A DNA stretch of 64,000 bases from Squalus acanthias (Eukaryota): assembly GCA_030390025.1 (NCBI GenBank), contig CM059431.1:140494001-140558000 (forward strand), in the 5' to 3' direction. This document shows, one piece after another, positions 1 through 13,499 of the stretch. The position numbers were made by a program, and so were the translations under genes. Each line of letters starts with the position of its first letter. Within the stretch, counting starts at the first letter, position 1. The notes beneath the pieces were generated by a model. That model did no database searches, had not been told where the DNA came from, and saw only the letters and a list, made by a program, of their open reading frames with translations.

Positions 1-2003
1 GATCAAAGGAGAGGGCATATAAATTGGCCAGAAAAAGCGGTAACCCTGAGGATTGGGAGCAGTTAAGGATTCAACAAAGGAGGACAAAGGGATTAATTAA
101 GAAGGGGAAAATAGAATATGAAAGTAAGCTTTCAGGGAACATAAAAAACTGACTGTAAGAGCTTTTATAGATATGTGAACAGAAAAAGATTGGTGAAGTC
201 AAGCGTACATCCCTTGCAGTCAGAATCAGTGGAAGTTATAATGGGGAACAAATAAATGGCTGACCAATTAAATGCATATTTTGGTACTGTCTTCATAAAG
301 GAGGAAACAAATAACCTCCCAGAGATGTTGGAGAACATAGGGTCTGATGAAAGGGAGGAACTGAAAGAAATCAGTATTTGCAGGGAAATGGTGTTAGGAA
401 AATTGACGGGATTGAAGGCCGATAAGTCCCCAGGGCCTGATCACCTACATCCTAGGGAACTTAAGGAAATGGCACTAGAAATAGTTGATGCATTGCTGAT
501 CATCTTCCAACATTCGATGGAACCTGGAACTGTACCCATGGATTGGAGGGAAGCTAATGTTACCCCACTATTCAATAAAGGTTGTAGAGAGAAAGCGGGG
601 AATTACAGACCAGTTAGCCTGACATCGGTATTGGGGAAAATGCTAGAGTCCTTTATAAAGGATGTAATAGCTGAGCACTTGAAAAACTGTGACAGGATCG
701 GACAAAGTCAATATGGATTTAGAAAAGGTAAATCCTGCTTGACTAATCTACTGGAAATTTTTCAGGATGTAACTGGGAAAATAGATAAGGGAGAACCAGT
801 AGTTGTGGTGTATTTGGACTTTCAAAAGGCTTTCGATAAGGTCCCGCATAAGAGATTAGCGTGTAAAGTTAAGGCACATGGGATTGGGGGCAAGGTATTG
901 ACTTGGATAGAGAACTGGTTGGCGGACAGAAAGCAGAGAGTAGGAATTAATGGGTCTTTTTCCGAGTGGCAGGCAGTGACTTGTGGGGTACCGCAGGGAT
1001 CGGTCCTTGGACCCCAGCTATTCACGAGATACATTAATGATCTAGATAATGGAACTAAATGTAATATCTCCAAGTTTACAGATGACACAAAGCTGGGTGG
1101 GCATGTGTGCTGCGAGGAGTTTACCGAGAAACTCCAGGATGATTTGGACAGGTTGGGTGAGTGCGCAGAAGCGTGGCAGATGCAGGTTAACGTGGATAAA
1201 TGCGAGGTTATCCACTTTGGTGTTAAAAACAGAAATGCAGACTATTATCTGAACGGCAATAGATTGGGTGAAGGGGAAGTGCAGCGAGAAATGGGTGTCC
1301 TTGTGCACCAGTCGCTGAAGGTAAGCATGCAGGTGCAGCAGGCGGTGAAGAAGGCAAATGGTATGTTGGCCTTCGTAGCAAAAGGGTTTGAGTATAGGAA
1401 CAGGGATGTCCTGCTGCAGTTGTACAGGGCCTTGGTGAGACCACACCTTCAGTACTGTGTGCAGTTTTGGTCGCCTTATCTGAGGAAGGATGTTCTTGCC
1501 ATGGAAGGAGTTCAGCGAAGATTCACAAGGCTGATACCTGGGAAGTCAGGAATTACATATGAGGAGAGATTGGGTCGTTTGGGCTTATACTCGCTGGAGT
1601 ATAGAAGAATGAGAGGGGATCTCATCGAAACATATAAAATTCTGACAGGTCTGGATAAACTAGATGCAGGATGAATGCTCCCGATGGTCGGAGAGTCCAG
1701 AACCAGCGGTCATAATCTAAGGATAAGGGGTAAGCCATTTAGGACAGAAATTAGGAAGAATTTCTTCACCCAGAGATTGGTGAACCTGTGGAAATCTCTA
1801 CCACAGAAGATAGTTGAGTCCAAGTCATTAAATATATTCAAGAATGAGTTAGATATATTTCTTAAAGCTAAAGGGATCAAGGGATATGGGGAGAGGGCAG
1901 GTACAGGGTACTGAGTTTGAATGATGAGCCATGATCTCATTAAATGGCAGAGCAGGCTCGAGGGGCCGAATGGCCTACTCCTGCTCCTACCTTCTATGTT
2001 CTT
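1..2003 (+). mobile_element. CR1-clade LINE, 3' part (ORF2 reverse transcriptase + 3' UTR), inactivated
   Basis: ORF 256-1674 has CR1 RT motifs (KSPGPD, NYRPVSLTS, YLDFQKAFDKVPH, GVPQGSVLGP, FTDD for F/YADD). Stop at ~253 and frameshift at ~1672. Ends in a CR1-type tail (cctgctcct...tctatgttctt). Confidence 0.95.
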
Positions 2004-2177
2004 ATAACAACAGAAAACGCTGGAAAAACTCAGCAGGCCAGGCAGCATCCGTGGAGAGAGAAAGAGAGTTGACGTTTCAGGTCGATGACCTTTCATCGAC
2101 CTGAAACGTCAACTCTCTTTCTCTCTCCACGGATGCTGCCTGGCCTGCTGAGTTTTTCCAGCGTTTTCTGTTGTTAT
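2004..2177. mobile_element. Penelope-like-element-derived perfect inverted repeat (85-bp arms, 4-nt loop)
   Basis: 2004-2088 is the exact reverse complement of 2093-2177. The same sequence family recurs at ~13672-13740, 37870-38009 and 44745-44900. PLE assignment is by recognition of the repeat and its hammerhead-type motif. Confidence 0.75.
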
Positions 2178-2338
2178 TTCGGATTTCCAGCATCTGCAGT
2201 ATTTTGCTATCGTTCTATGTTCTTATGTTTCACTGCCAGTTTCCAGTCCCACGGGTTCCCTCCCTCTGCCAGTTCCTGATCTCCCCTTTGTTCAAGAATG
2301 GTCCCTAGAATATCAGAGGAATAGAGTTCCAATGAAAT

Positions 2339-3109
2339 ATAGTGGCCCAGAAATTAAACAGTGAGGGTTCCCGCGGGGGTAAGGATTCCCCGCGATATCG
2401 CACTCCGCGCCTACCTTTTTGCTCCGGGCCCACACGAACTTTAGTTTCAAAGACTCTCCCACATGCAACCGGTAGTGTGTGCGTATCCCAGAGGCGCAAT
2501 TAGTTTGTGCGAGCTCTGGGATCATGTGATTCAGTTAGAGCCAATGGCAGCACACCATCTTTCATTCATAGTTTTGACAGGAAGACCTGTCAAAGCTATG
2601 AATACTACAACCCCCCAAAAGAACAGCTAAACTTCAATTAAATTAAAAAAGCCATCACATTAATAAAATAAGTATAGTTAAATAAATTAACCACTTTAAA
2701 CAAAAAATTAAATTTTTGAAAACATTTAAAATCTTTTTAAAAGTTATAAAAATAAACTTACCTTTCTTTAAAGTCTCGAAAAAAGATAAACCTGTTGAAA
2801 TTTTTTAAAAATAACACTTAATTAACTACTTACCTTGTTAAAAGGGGGTCCTACGCCTGCTTTCATTGTGTGTAAAATCTTCACCACTTACCTGCGCGTT
2901 CAAAGCTGGGGAAAAAAAATAAGTGCACTGCGTACGCACAGCCTGTAGTGCGCACGCGGTTCACTTCGCAACCGCCTCCTTTTGAATTCACGAAGTGCCG
3001 GTTTCCCGCGCATGCGCAGTGCATGCAGGAAAGCGACAATTGGAGACCTAATACGCGAGAGCACACAGTGCGTACTCTCGCGTATTCGGTCTAATTTTCG
3101 GGCCATTAT
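2339..3109. mobile_element. Probable non-autonomous DNA element with imperfect terminal inverted repeats
   Basis: atagtggcccagaaatta (2339-2356) pairs imperfectly with taattttcgggccattat (3092-3109). CpG-rich ends, AT-rich centre, no convincing ORF. Confidence 0.5.
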
Positions 3110-5049
3110 TGTTGGCAGAAGAAGTGTTGGGCTTACATCATTTGGGGTGTGTGGGCAGTTCTCGTAAGCTAATAATGGAAAGGATATTTCTGCACTTTAT
3201 AGGTCACACCGCTCAGTACCAGAAATTCCAGAGATTCACAATTCCACGTTTGAAGAAATTATAGAAAATCCTGCTTTCTATCTTTAGAAAAGAGGAAACC
3301 TCCAGCTGATCTAATGTCAGTTTTAATGTTACGAGGAGAATGCACAAATTACCCAAATTCTTCACTGTATCAAGGAGTTCAATCATAAAGATCTTTAAGT
3401 TAAAAATGTGAAATTAGGGGTAAGCAGGGGCGCCGGGCGGAACATTTCAGCTCAGTGGGTAACTGTATTCTGTATTTACTGAATTACCAGGAGGGTCATT
3501 CAGCACAAACCTATTTATCTGGCTCTGAGGTTGACAACTATATTAGCGAAAGTTTATCACATGCCAAACATAACCTTCTGTAAACAAACTGCAACATCCA
3601 TGTGCTGCATGACACAGGCAAAGGTAAACTGATGAATTTCGATCTGAGGAGTTAAACTGTCAAGATATACAACGAAGCAGGCAAGAAAATTATCTTGAAA
3701 GAAGGGAAGATTATCAAAAAGTACACGTTTAAGTGGAAACTCCTGTCAATCCATATACTGCGGTTTAGGAGGCAATAACAGGAACTCTATAATTTAACAT
3801 TATTTTGTTAAATTGCCAAATTATCCCAATCATACGCGCACTTGTTAATGGGATAGTCTGTGGTGCCTATCCCTACGTTAAGAAATCAAAAGCTGGCAAC
3901 GCAGTTATATCTACTTCACTGAAGTACAAACAGAGGAATTCGGTTGTGTTTTATTGAACGGGCCCTACACAGCATCAAATACCCGGAATCTCCTGTGTTG
4001 CTATTCCAAGTATTTTCCCACCTCGTGGAGATCCCATTTTTGAAATGCTGGATTGCATTATCCTGAAGCATAAATGCTGAGGAAGAAGATGAATCCTTCA
4101 TTCACTCCTTTACCTCCTTACTAAAGAATTGGTCGAAAGAGGAGATGGGGCGGGGCTATGCTGCATTGCAAAATTGAGAGTTACACGAAATGACGTGCAC
4201 TGATACCCTGCTGGATTCTGGGAATTGTAGTCCACCCGTGACAGAGACTCCAACTGAACTGATGCATTATTGGAGACCGGTACTGGGCTGAGCTTCTTTT
4301 TAAAAATTTAACAAAATATAAGGATCCGGCTCCAGAAAGAGATGCACGTTTGGTGGTGAATCTACAGGAGGTATTTCTCACAGATAATAGCTAAACTCCT
4401 AATGTTTAGTTTCAATTCCAATTTTAAAGTATTTTTTATGAATTTAATAGCTTCACTAATGTATTGTAATGATTGGATATAGTGTGTGATACGCTTCAAT
4501 TGAACCACTAGCAATAGTTCAAAAAATTGCTATACTTTTCTGATTGATTCAAATTTCTCTTGAAGGAAATAACCCTTACTTAACTGATAGCGTTAAATGG
4601 TGAGAAAGGCCTTGCAAAGGGTTCACTGAATTTGTGTCTTTCTCTGCAGTCTGAGCTCCTCACTGTGAGCCCACTTCTCCCAAAATACTTCAAGACCCCA
4701 TATCCGCTCCCAACAATCAGTATCTCCGCTTTCTTTGTGCCGAATTTGTTAAATTTACACTCTAGACTGCGACTCACTACGAACAATGGCACGGAAGATC
4801 ATACAATCATAGCATCCTCGAATTATACAGTACAGAAGGAGGCCATTTGTCCGACTGTGCCTGTGCCGGCTCTTTCAAAGAGATAACCAATTCGTCCCAC
4901 TCCTCTGCTACTCATTTTTTTCACTTATTTTTCCTCATGTCCCCGCTGAGTTTTGTGCCAATTACCTTAAATCGGTTTCCTCTGGTTACCGAGCAGTCTG
5001 TCACTGAAAATAATTTCTCCATATTGACTTTATGAAAATCCTTCCTAAT

Positions 5050-6040
5050 TTACATTCATCCAGGTGCTCCACTGATTTATTTACCTAACATTTATCTTAA
5101 GCTTCCTGCTTTCTGTTTTCAATTTTGATTTAAATTCTGACTTCAATTTTGCTAACAGGTCTATAATGTAGTACTTTATCAAACGTCTTTTTAAAGTCGA
5201 TATACACAACATCAACTGCACTGTCGTCATCAACCCTCTGAGTTACTTCATAAAAGAACTCGATAAAGTTAGTAAAATCATCCGTGCTGGCTTTCATTGA
5301 TTAACCCACATTGTGAAAGTGCTATATAAATTTATGTCGGATTATTGTCTCCAAATGTTTCCGCGTGACGTTAGGCTGACTGGCCTATATTTGTCAGGTT
5401 TACCCCTCTCCCCTTTTTTGAACGGGTGTAATATTTGCAATCCTTTACTACTCTGACAGCACTCCCATTTCTAAGGAGGATTTGAAGATTTTGTACAGAG
5501 TCTCTGCAATTTCAACCCTTACTTCCATCAGCTACCTAGGATACAGCCCATTTGGGCCGGGTGACTTTGCTACATTGAGTGCTGCCAACCTTTTATATGT
5601 CTCCTCTTATTTATGTTTTTCCTATCCAATTTCTCATCTATCGCTTCTTTTACTGTGACATGGGCCGCATCCTTTTCTTTAGTGAAGACACATGCAAAGT
5701 ATTCATTTAGTACTTAAGTCTTGCCCCCTGCTTGCACAAGCAGATCTCCTTTTTGGCCCAGAATAGGCCCCATTCTTGAGAGTGCCACACTCCCGGAGGA
5801 TCCCGGCAACTCCTACCTCTTCGCAAACTGCCAACTTACTATCCTCCTGAACTCACTGTTGCTGCGGGGTGACCACATCCTGGAACATGTGGTCGAGCAA
5901 ATTCTCAGTCCTGCAATGCCGCCAGCCGCTCCTCAAGCTCAGAAACTCTGAGCTAAATTTCGAGCAGATGGAGGCACTTCATGGACACGTGATTATCATG
6001 GACACGTGAAGCGCCCTAGAGTTCCAACATGTCTCAGGAA
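5050..6040 (-). mobile_element. Old CR1 LINE fragments (RT region plus ORF1-like remnant)
   Basis: Reverse complement resembles the CR1 RT segments elsewhere in the window. Many stops. Confidence 0.6.
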
Positions 6041-9000
6041 TATCCACTGTTGTTATCAATGTAATTTGCAGCATTTAAATACAACAGTGACAGAAATCAC
6101 AATGGCAGCTTAAAGAGAGTTTGAAAATAAAATAACATTAAATTAAATTAAACGAGAGTACATTAAATTAAATTGAAATAAATTAAATTAAACGATATTA
6201 AATTAATTACATTAAATGAAATCTAGTTTGTTATATGGCACTTTTGGCATTATAGAATTACTTTCCGATTTGCATTGCCTAATGACAATTGATTCAATTC
6301 TCGTGTTCTTTGCTTGTAGAGTTGCAGAATGAACTGATATCCTGGGGCTGACGGACTTGGTGTTGGGTTTTACTCCCCTAAATTGGTTCTCCGGCGGAAT
6401 TCCGGGACTGGGAAAACTGACATCCGGTCACTGAGAAAGCCGAAGCATTCTGACACAGACACTGATCGGCGGCGTCATTTCATGTTCTAAGACAATCAGG
6501 CTATGACCTCACGTCCTGCAGCCCATTGTGAAGAGCGCCACAGTCTGGGGTTGGGGCTCCTGATGATATAGGGGGACTTTCAAAGTTGAATCTGGTTCGC
6601 CACACTTCTGACACTAACAGCCAATGGGTGCAACGCTCAGGCGATTGTGTGACGTGTCACGAATTATATTCAGGACCTCCTAAATCTTTCACTCCTTGCA
6701 GTTTGTTTGTTCAGCAGTTTTGTTTTATTTTTTGTATTTCAAGGATAAAAATACATTGCTAATATTTCTGCGTACTATTTTTTCGAGATCATTTGATTGT
6801 GGACATCGGCTCTCTGCATTGATTTGTACCTTTAATCTAACGTAAAATGTATTAATTCATGCCAAGGTTAAGGTCTCTTTAGATTCCTCTAACATTGAAT
6901 GGAGTGCGGCCGTCAGATGCAGGACGGAACTCTGTAATCCTCCACTAACAGTCTACAACCACAGAACTCTCTGCACTGTTATACAAACACATCCAACGTG
7001 ATCATCGTGTTGCGACTTATAGATTCACAATGGAGAACATCGCGCCAGTTACACCCCAACTATTCCAGTCTTTCTTTCTACCTCATTATGCAATAGATTT
7101 ACAGCAAACATTTAAATCTGTTGCTGTGTCTAAGAATTTATGAGAGTCGGTTTCATCTACAGGAACTCAAATCTGAACCACAATCGAAATGCTGCCACTG
7201 CCCAGCTGACTCTGATAGCAGAATCTTGAAACATTCGAGGGCTTCTTCACCAGTGTCGGCACTTTATCAATTAGTATTCGGAACAAATGGAATAAGATAA
7301 TAACTCCGTATCTACTGAACTTCCCTCCGTTTCAGTTAATTCTGCCGAATAATCCACAGTTTCATGTGGACATTCCAACCTCGATGGGTGTAAAATGCCG
7401 GTGGGATATTTTGCACACCGCCCAATTGTCTTTCTCATCAGAGTCAATGGAAGGGAAATTCGGCGGCGTGTATGACTGGCGGACAGTCTGCTCCAGATAG
7501 ATTTCCGCCCAGACCGAAATTGAAAATAATTTTTGATTCAGGATATTCAGTTTCCATTAAACCCAAATGGATCGATAAGTAACTTTACAACTTGCGTTTA
7601 AAACAGCTTAAATTGGGGTCGCTGAAATGTTCCTTACAACTAATACTGGAGGATTGGATGAAAATAAAGAACTTGGGGTGAAATTAACCATGGGAGGAGT
7701 GGCCAAACCGGCGGCGTCATATCGCTCGACTGTTACACGCTGCTATGGAACTGAATATTGGACGGTGCCTATAACAGGAAGCGATGTGATTTTGCTTATC
7801 CCCAAGTTGAGTTTCCACCCCTTGTATTTATATAACGCCTTTCAAGGCCTCAGGACGTCCTTACGCGCCTCAAAGCGAATAAAATACTTTTAAAGTATAG
7901 TCACTGCAGTAATGTCAGGAAATTCCTAAGCCAATTTGCGAACAGCAAGATCCCACAAAAAGCAACATGATAAATCACCAAATGGGACAACATTGGGCAT
8001 GGGCGGGGAACACGAAACGATCGGTCTCGCATCGATCGCCTGTTATACACTGAGCCCAAAATTCAGGTACATTGACGTCACGAGAGCTGAATATCGGGCA
8101 TGTTGTATAACCATCTGCAAATGCCCAACTGGGCGCAAAACAACGCCATGCAGAGATTTGCAGGCATCAGTAGTTGGGAGAAAGCGCACAAACCTTCTAT
8201 GAAAAATAAAACACATTCCAGCAAATAAATTTTGAAAGAAATTTGAAACAACAGAATAACCTATATATGTGATGCCCATTAATCACAGAAGGCGTTTAAA
8301 CATCGAGTGGACACTATATACCCGGTTACACATATTCTATGTGTAACCGGGTATATTGAAGGAGAGTGGAAGCAGTCCGTGGCATCCCCTCTGCTGATCT
8401 TACACATCCTGCAGTGTGAACGGTGGATTTGACCAATTCCAGGGGCAGCCTCTCATCCACATCTTCCAATCACTAACCCAAACACCGCTGCTTATGTTGG
8501 AAAAAAAATTCAGGTGAGTCATTATAGGAGGGCGGAAAAAATGTTAGTTAATTGGCTCAAGTGTTCATCTGGTGTCTTTACACTGAGCAACGCTCTCAAA
8601 CCCAGGTCCCCAGTGGGCCCGGGCGGAGCTCCCAATACACCGCCTTTCACTGGGGATACCCGGTCAACACCAGTTAGTTAAAGGCAGGGGGTATTACATA
8701 TTATTGTCTTTGTGCAAACACAGGCAGAGGATTGTTCCATCTCAATACCTGACTATTACATTGTGCAGATAGTTGAATTAACTGCCCCTATTATTTAAGA
8801 TATTATGAATTCTTACACAGCGTTACCTGTGTAACCAGGTCGCTGATTCAGATTAACTGCAATCAGGTTCCCTGTGACAAAATTAGTAAAAGCAAATATC
8901 AGCTTTACTTTAATGTAGCTGCAAAGCCTTCAACTAATTCTCAGTAAGAGAGACATCAGAAAAAACAGGTAAAACGACGCAACGCCAGTTAACATTCAAA

Positions 9001-9517
9001 GAAATGGAGAACCATCACGACACTATGAATGAGACAGCGGCACCGCTCCTTATTCCCAGGAGACGGGATGAGGCGGTCGGTGCAGCTTCAATCAGTCCAA
9101 GCAACATTTTCAGCAAACCTGTGAGAAAAAGTAAGGTCACCAGGAGTTCAAAAAAAACGAATCTTATCCTAAATCTGGCGGATAATCCTGTCAATTACAC
9201 GGTAGAATTAAATTAATGTCCTCGCTCTGTCACATATTAAACACGTTGATCAAATATTCTGCTTCATTATTAAACTTCATTCATCACTGACACTTTTCAT
9301 ACGAAAGGCGGAATGTTCTCATTGGGCAGGGGTCATCAGTTAACGAACTGTTGAAACGCAGGGTCAATGTTGGGTTAAGTGCCACAGGGGGAACAGATAT
9401 AGTCGCGTACCTGAGAGACTTAACAAGAACCATCTTGATGTATATGTATGGAGAGAGAACCCCAAATCTAAGTTGCAATAGGAGCTAACAGTGAATTCTA
9501 ATGTTCCAAAGCGAGCT

Positions 9518-10952
9518 CTAGTTCGTATTTCTTTCATTGTTAACCAGTCTTAGAATCAGTGTCCAGGGAGATTTCAGCAATTTCTTCAGCTCTTCTCTGA
9601 ATTTCCTCTGGGTAGCTGCAAAAATACACGGGTTTGCACAGGAGCTCAAATGCTTCAGCATGGCTCCGGTTTCAGTGGCGATATAGGCTGGGTTTGTGCG
9701 GTCGCCTCGGTAATAATTGATGTTTGTCAGTCCGGTAGTTGCAAAACTCACTACAGCTGTCAACCACAACAGTATAAAACTGCCCGATATAGCGAAGAGT
9801 AAAATGATGGATTTCCTTCTGCTCTCCATCTCTGGATCACGTTGATTCTCACTCCTCTGAGCACGGAGTCCTCTGCGGGCTCTGCTGGCCACTAAAATAC
9901 GTCTGACTGTCAAAGAATTACACAAAGCGATTAAAGTAAATGGAAGCCAAACTAGCCAGACTGTGTGAAACCAGAAGTACGCTGCACCTGGAGGTGAGGT
10001 AAAGAAGGCCACACTTGGCCGGCAGCCCCACTGCACCTTGTTCATTATTTGCTGAGGTTAATATGCAAACATCAAGGGGATGTTATTTAACAAGATCAGA
10101 ACAGAGAACGTTGTTATAATCGCGGCCGCGGTTTTCTTGGTGCAATACTTTGTTTTAAACTTCTGGCTGCAGATAACTACAAATCGGTCAAATGTGAAGG
10201 AGACGGTGAACCAGACAGACAATTCGAGGTTGCAAGTAGTCATGTACATAATGAACTTACAGACGGGAGTGCGGTACAGGAATGAAAGTGGAAAGTGATA
10301 ACTGAAGATATAATACACCATTACATTGATGATCATGACCAGTAGATCTGCTGTTGCCATGGCCACCATGTAGACAGAGATACACTTGGAAAGGCCGCAG
10401 TTTCCTCGGGAGATAATCACCATTGTCACCAAGTTCGCTGTAATAAAGAGAGAGGAGAGAAATAATGTTCCAGTGTCTGATTGAAATATATATGGGGATA
10501 CCTGTGGAGAGCATTTCACTCCATTCAATGTGATTATCCACACGGAGCAGTGTGAGAAGAGAGTTAGTTTTGGAGCCATTACCTGGGGAACCCACCCACA
10601 CATGTTAATGAGCTGCTGCAGCGCTCACTCTGCACGGGGTGACAAGACGGTCTGAAAGTCCGCTAAAATCCTTGTGTTGGAGCTTCAAAGAGCTTTATAA
10701 CATCATTAACTTGATCATATTACGGAGAACACGGAAGTGCGGACAGGCGGTTCACTAGTAGGTCCAGTCACTACTGACTGTGTAATGCTGACATCCAGAA
10801 AACGAGTTACCTTAACCAACAGGCAGTAAGAACAAGGAGATAATTAACACCGATTAACAACAAACAGGTTACAATGGCTCACCGGGGATACCGACTGCTG
10901 CGAGAATCGGGTAGTAAATCTCTTTGATCAGAAGAATAGTTGGTCGCCCCAT
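9518..10952 (-). pseudogene. Two-exon class A GPCR, GPR139/GPR142-like, with one in-frame stop
   Basis: Exon 1 is 10952-10883 (MGRPTILLIKEIYYPILAAVGIP, GTGAG donor). Exon 2 is 10437-9518 (AG acceptor; ANLVT, MATADLL, FTFDRFVVIC, SIILLFAISGSF, CANPCIFA). TAA at 10058-10060 splits two same-frame ORFs. Confidence 0.88.
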
Positions 10953-11429
10953 TTTCTGTGAGAATGGATGAATAGTGTCGGAGCTAAAAGACTCTGACTG
11001 GCGCACGGCTGAGGCAATGGAAGTGAACCTATATTTATCCACAAATCAATCCTCCAGCGAGTCAATGAGGTTAAGTCATAATTAGCATTAGTTACGGTCA
11101 TTTATCAAATAGAATCAGGCAAGTTCTCTTTTATGTCATACGTCAGGTTAAGAGAAATGTTTGAAATTGTTATTGGAAACGTTTAAAAAACGTTATTTGC
11201 AATTAGAAATTGTAATCTCGCATTACTGGTGCTGGAGGCGGACAGTCACCTCTCCGGTAAATGTGCTGACTCTCTTCCCACTGGAGTAGTGATGGCAGGT
11301 CCCCTTGCACTTCAAACCCTGACCCTGCGCTTGACTCAGTCCCAGTGCTCCAACTCCTCCAGAACAGGCGGGGAAACAAGTCTTGCAATATTGTTGATGA
11401 CCCCAATTCTGCAGCATTAAAAGTAACGG

Positions 11430-11900
11430 TGCTACTCCTGTAGTTGTCTTAAACCTACACTTAGAGTAGAGGTGAGCGTGCTGTTCCTGCAGTAGTGAAA
11501 CCCTACACTTAAACTGGAGTTGACCGTACTACTCCTGTACTAGTGGGAGCACTGCACTTACACTAGTGGAGAAAGAGCTTCTACGGTGCCAGTGACAATC
11601 TACATTTACAGGAGAGGTGATTGTCCTCCTCCAGCACTAGTGGTGGCCCTGCACTTAAACTAGTGGTGAACGTAGTCGTCCAGTACTAGTCGTTCCATAA
11701 TCGTACATCGGTGGTGACCCTGCTCCTATGGTACAAGTGTTACTCCTCCACATATACTAGACGTGACCATGTTCCTCTGGTAATAGGATGTCTACAGTTA
11801 CACCAGAGGGGACAATGCTCTTCCGCTGCTATCACGGACTGTATTCCTGTTCGAGGCCCCACTTTTGTTGCACTATTGGGGACACAACTACTGCATTCCT
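11430..11900. repeat. Degenerate ~48-49-bp tandem repeat
   Basis: cct[a/g]cactt-like motif recurs at about 11454, 11502, 11552, 11600 and 11649, with ctagtg-type motifs between. Confidence 0.6.
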
Positions 11901-11979
11901 GGTGATGACCCAACCTTTGCAGCACTGGTGGAAAACCTACTGCTGGAACACGAGTACTGACCAGTTTTGTAGCAATGAA

Positions 11980-12436
11980 AGATAGAAAGACTTGTAATTA
12001 TTTAGTGCCTCTGACGACCACCGGACATCCCGAAGCACTTTAGAGAGGTATTTATGAAGTGTAGTCACAGTGTTGTAATAGAGGAAACGTGGCAGCCAAT
12101 TGGCACAGAGCAAGCTCCAACAAACAGCAATGTGATAATAAACATAGTTTCTGTTTCTTTTAGTAATGTTGATTGAGGGATAAATATTGGAAAGGAAACT
12201 GCCCCGTTCTTCTTCGAAATAGCGCCATAAGTTTCTTTTACCTCCACCTGAGAGGGCAGACGGGGCCGGGGTTTAACGTCTCATCCGAAAGGAAGCACCT
12301 CCAACAGTGCAGCATTCCCTCAATACTGCATTGGAGTGTCAACCTGGATTTTTTGTGCTCAAGCGGAGTGGGAATATGAACTCACAACCTTCTGACTCAG
12401 AGGCGAGGGTGCTACCAGCTGAGCCACAGCTGACAC
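11980..12436 (-). mobile_element. tRNA-derived SINE (Deu-domain/SacSINE1-like)
   Basis: Minus-strand head with A box (TGGCTCAGCTGG) and B-box-like GTTCATATTCC, a central conserved-looking body, and a short-repeat tail (tctttctatctttc). Confidence 0.7.
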
Positions 12437-12574
12437 TGTATTTGTGGTATATGTAATGCTGCGCCACAAATACTGACTAGTCTCGCAGCAATGGTGGTAT
12501 ACGTACTGCTGGGACACAAGTACTAGCCAGTTTTGCAATGCCAGTGATATACGTACAGGGGGACACAAGTAAGA

Positions 12575-13370
12575 TCATAAGAACATAAGTAATAGGAGCA
12601 GGGGTATGCCATCCTGCCCTTCAAGCCTGATCTGCCATTCAATAAGATCATTGCTGTTCTACCTCAACACCGGCTTTCCGCCCTATCTCCATATCCCTTG
12701 ATTCAATAGTACCAAAAATATATCAATCGCTGTCTTGAATACGCTCAATGACTGAACATCCATAGGCCTCTGTGGTGAAGAATTGCAAAGATTCACCACA
12801 CTTTGAGTGAAAAAATGTCTCCTGCTCTCAGTTCTAAATGGCCGACCACTTATTCTGAGACTGTGATGCCTAGTTCTAGACTCCCCAGCCAGGGGAAACA
12901 ACCTCCCAGCATCTACCCTGTCAAGCGCCTTAAGAATTATATACGTTTCAATGAGATCACCTCTGATTCTTCTAAACTCTAGAGAATATAGGCCTAGTCT
13001 ACTCAATATCTCCTCATAGGACAATCTCCCATCGCAGGACTCAGACTAGTGAACCTTCGTTGTGCTACCTCTGAGACCAGTATATCATTCCTTAGATAAG
13101 GAGACCAAAGCTGTACACAGTACTCCAGGTGTGGTCTCACCATGGCCCTACATAATTATAGTAAGTCTTCTCTAATCTTATACTGCAATCGTTTTTGTCA
13201 TAACGGCTGACATACCATTTGCTTTCCTAATCAATTCATGTAACTGCAGGTTAATTTTCTGTGATTCTTGTACAAGGACACCCAGGTCCGGGTGAATGCC
13301 AATATTTCCCAATCTCTCACCATTTAAAAATATTCCGCCTTGTATTTTTCCTACCAAAGTGGTTAACCTC
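12575..13370 (-). mobile_element. 5'-truncated CR1 LINE
   Basis: ORF 12683-13024 (SYEE..LGLYSLEFRRIRGDLIETY) is the CR1 ORF2 C-terminus. Tail repeat cataagaa at ~12576. Confidence 0.9.
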
Positions 13371-13499
13371 ACATCGCGCCTGTACAGCACATTTCTCAAA
13401 AAAGACGCTGACTGTTTGCCTCCCACAGGCTTCACTTAAGATACAGTCTCCATTCCACGTACGACATGCTCTTTATTAGCGGCATCAGATGTCAGCACT

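Noticed and set aside
256..1674. Functional RT gene
   Set aside because: CR1 ORF2 fragment bounded by a stop and a frameshift, with an altered catalytic motif (FTDD).
12360..12436. tRNA gene
   Set aside because: The A/B-box-like sequence is the head of a SINE, with body and tail attached and no complete cloverleaf evident.
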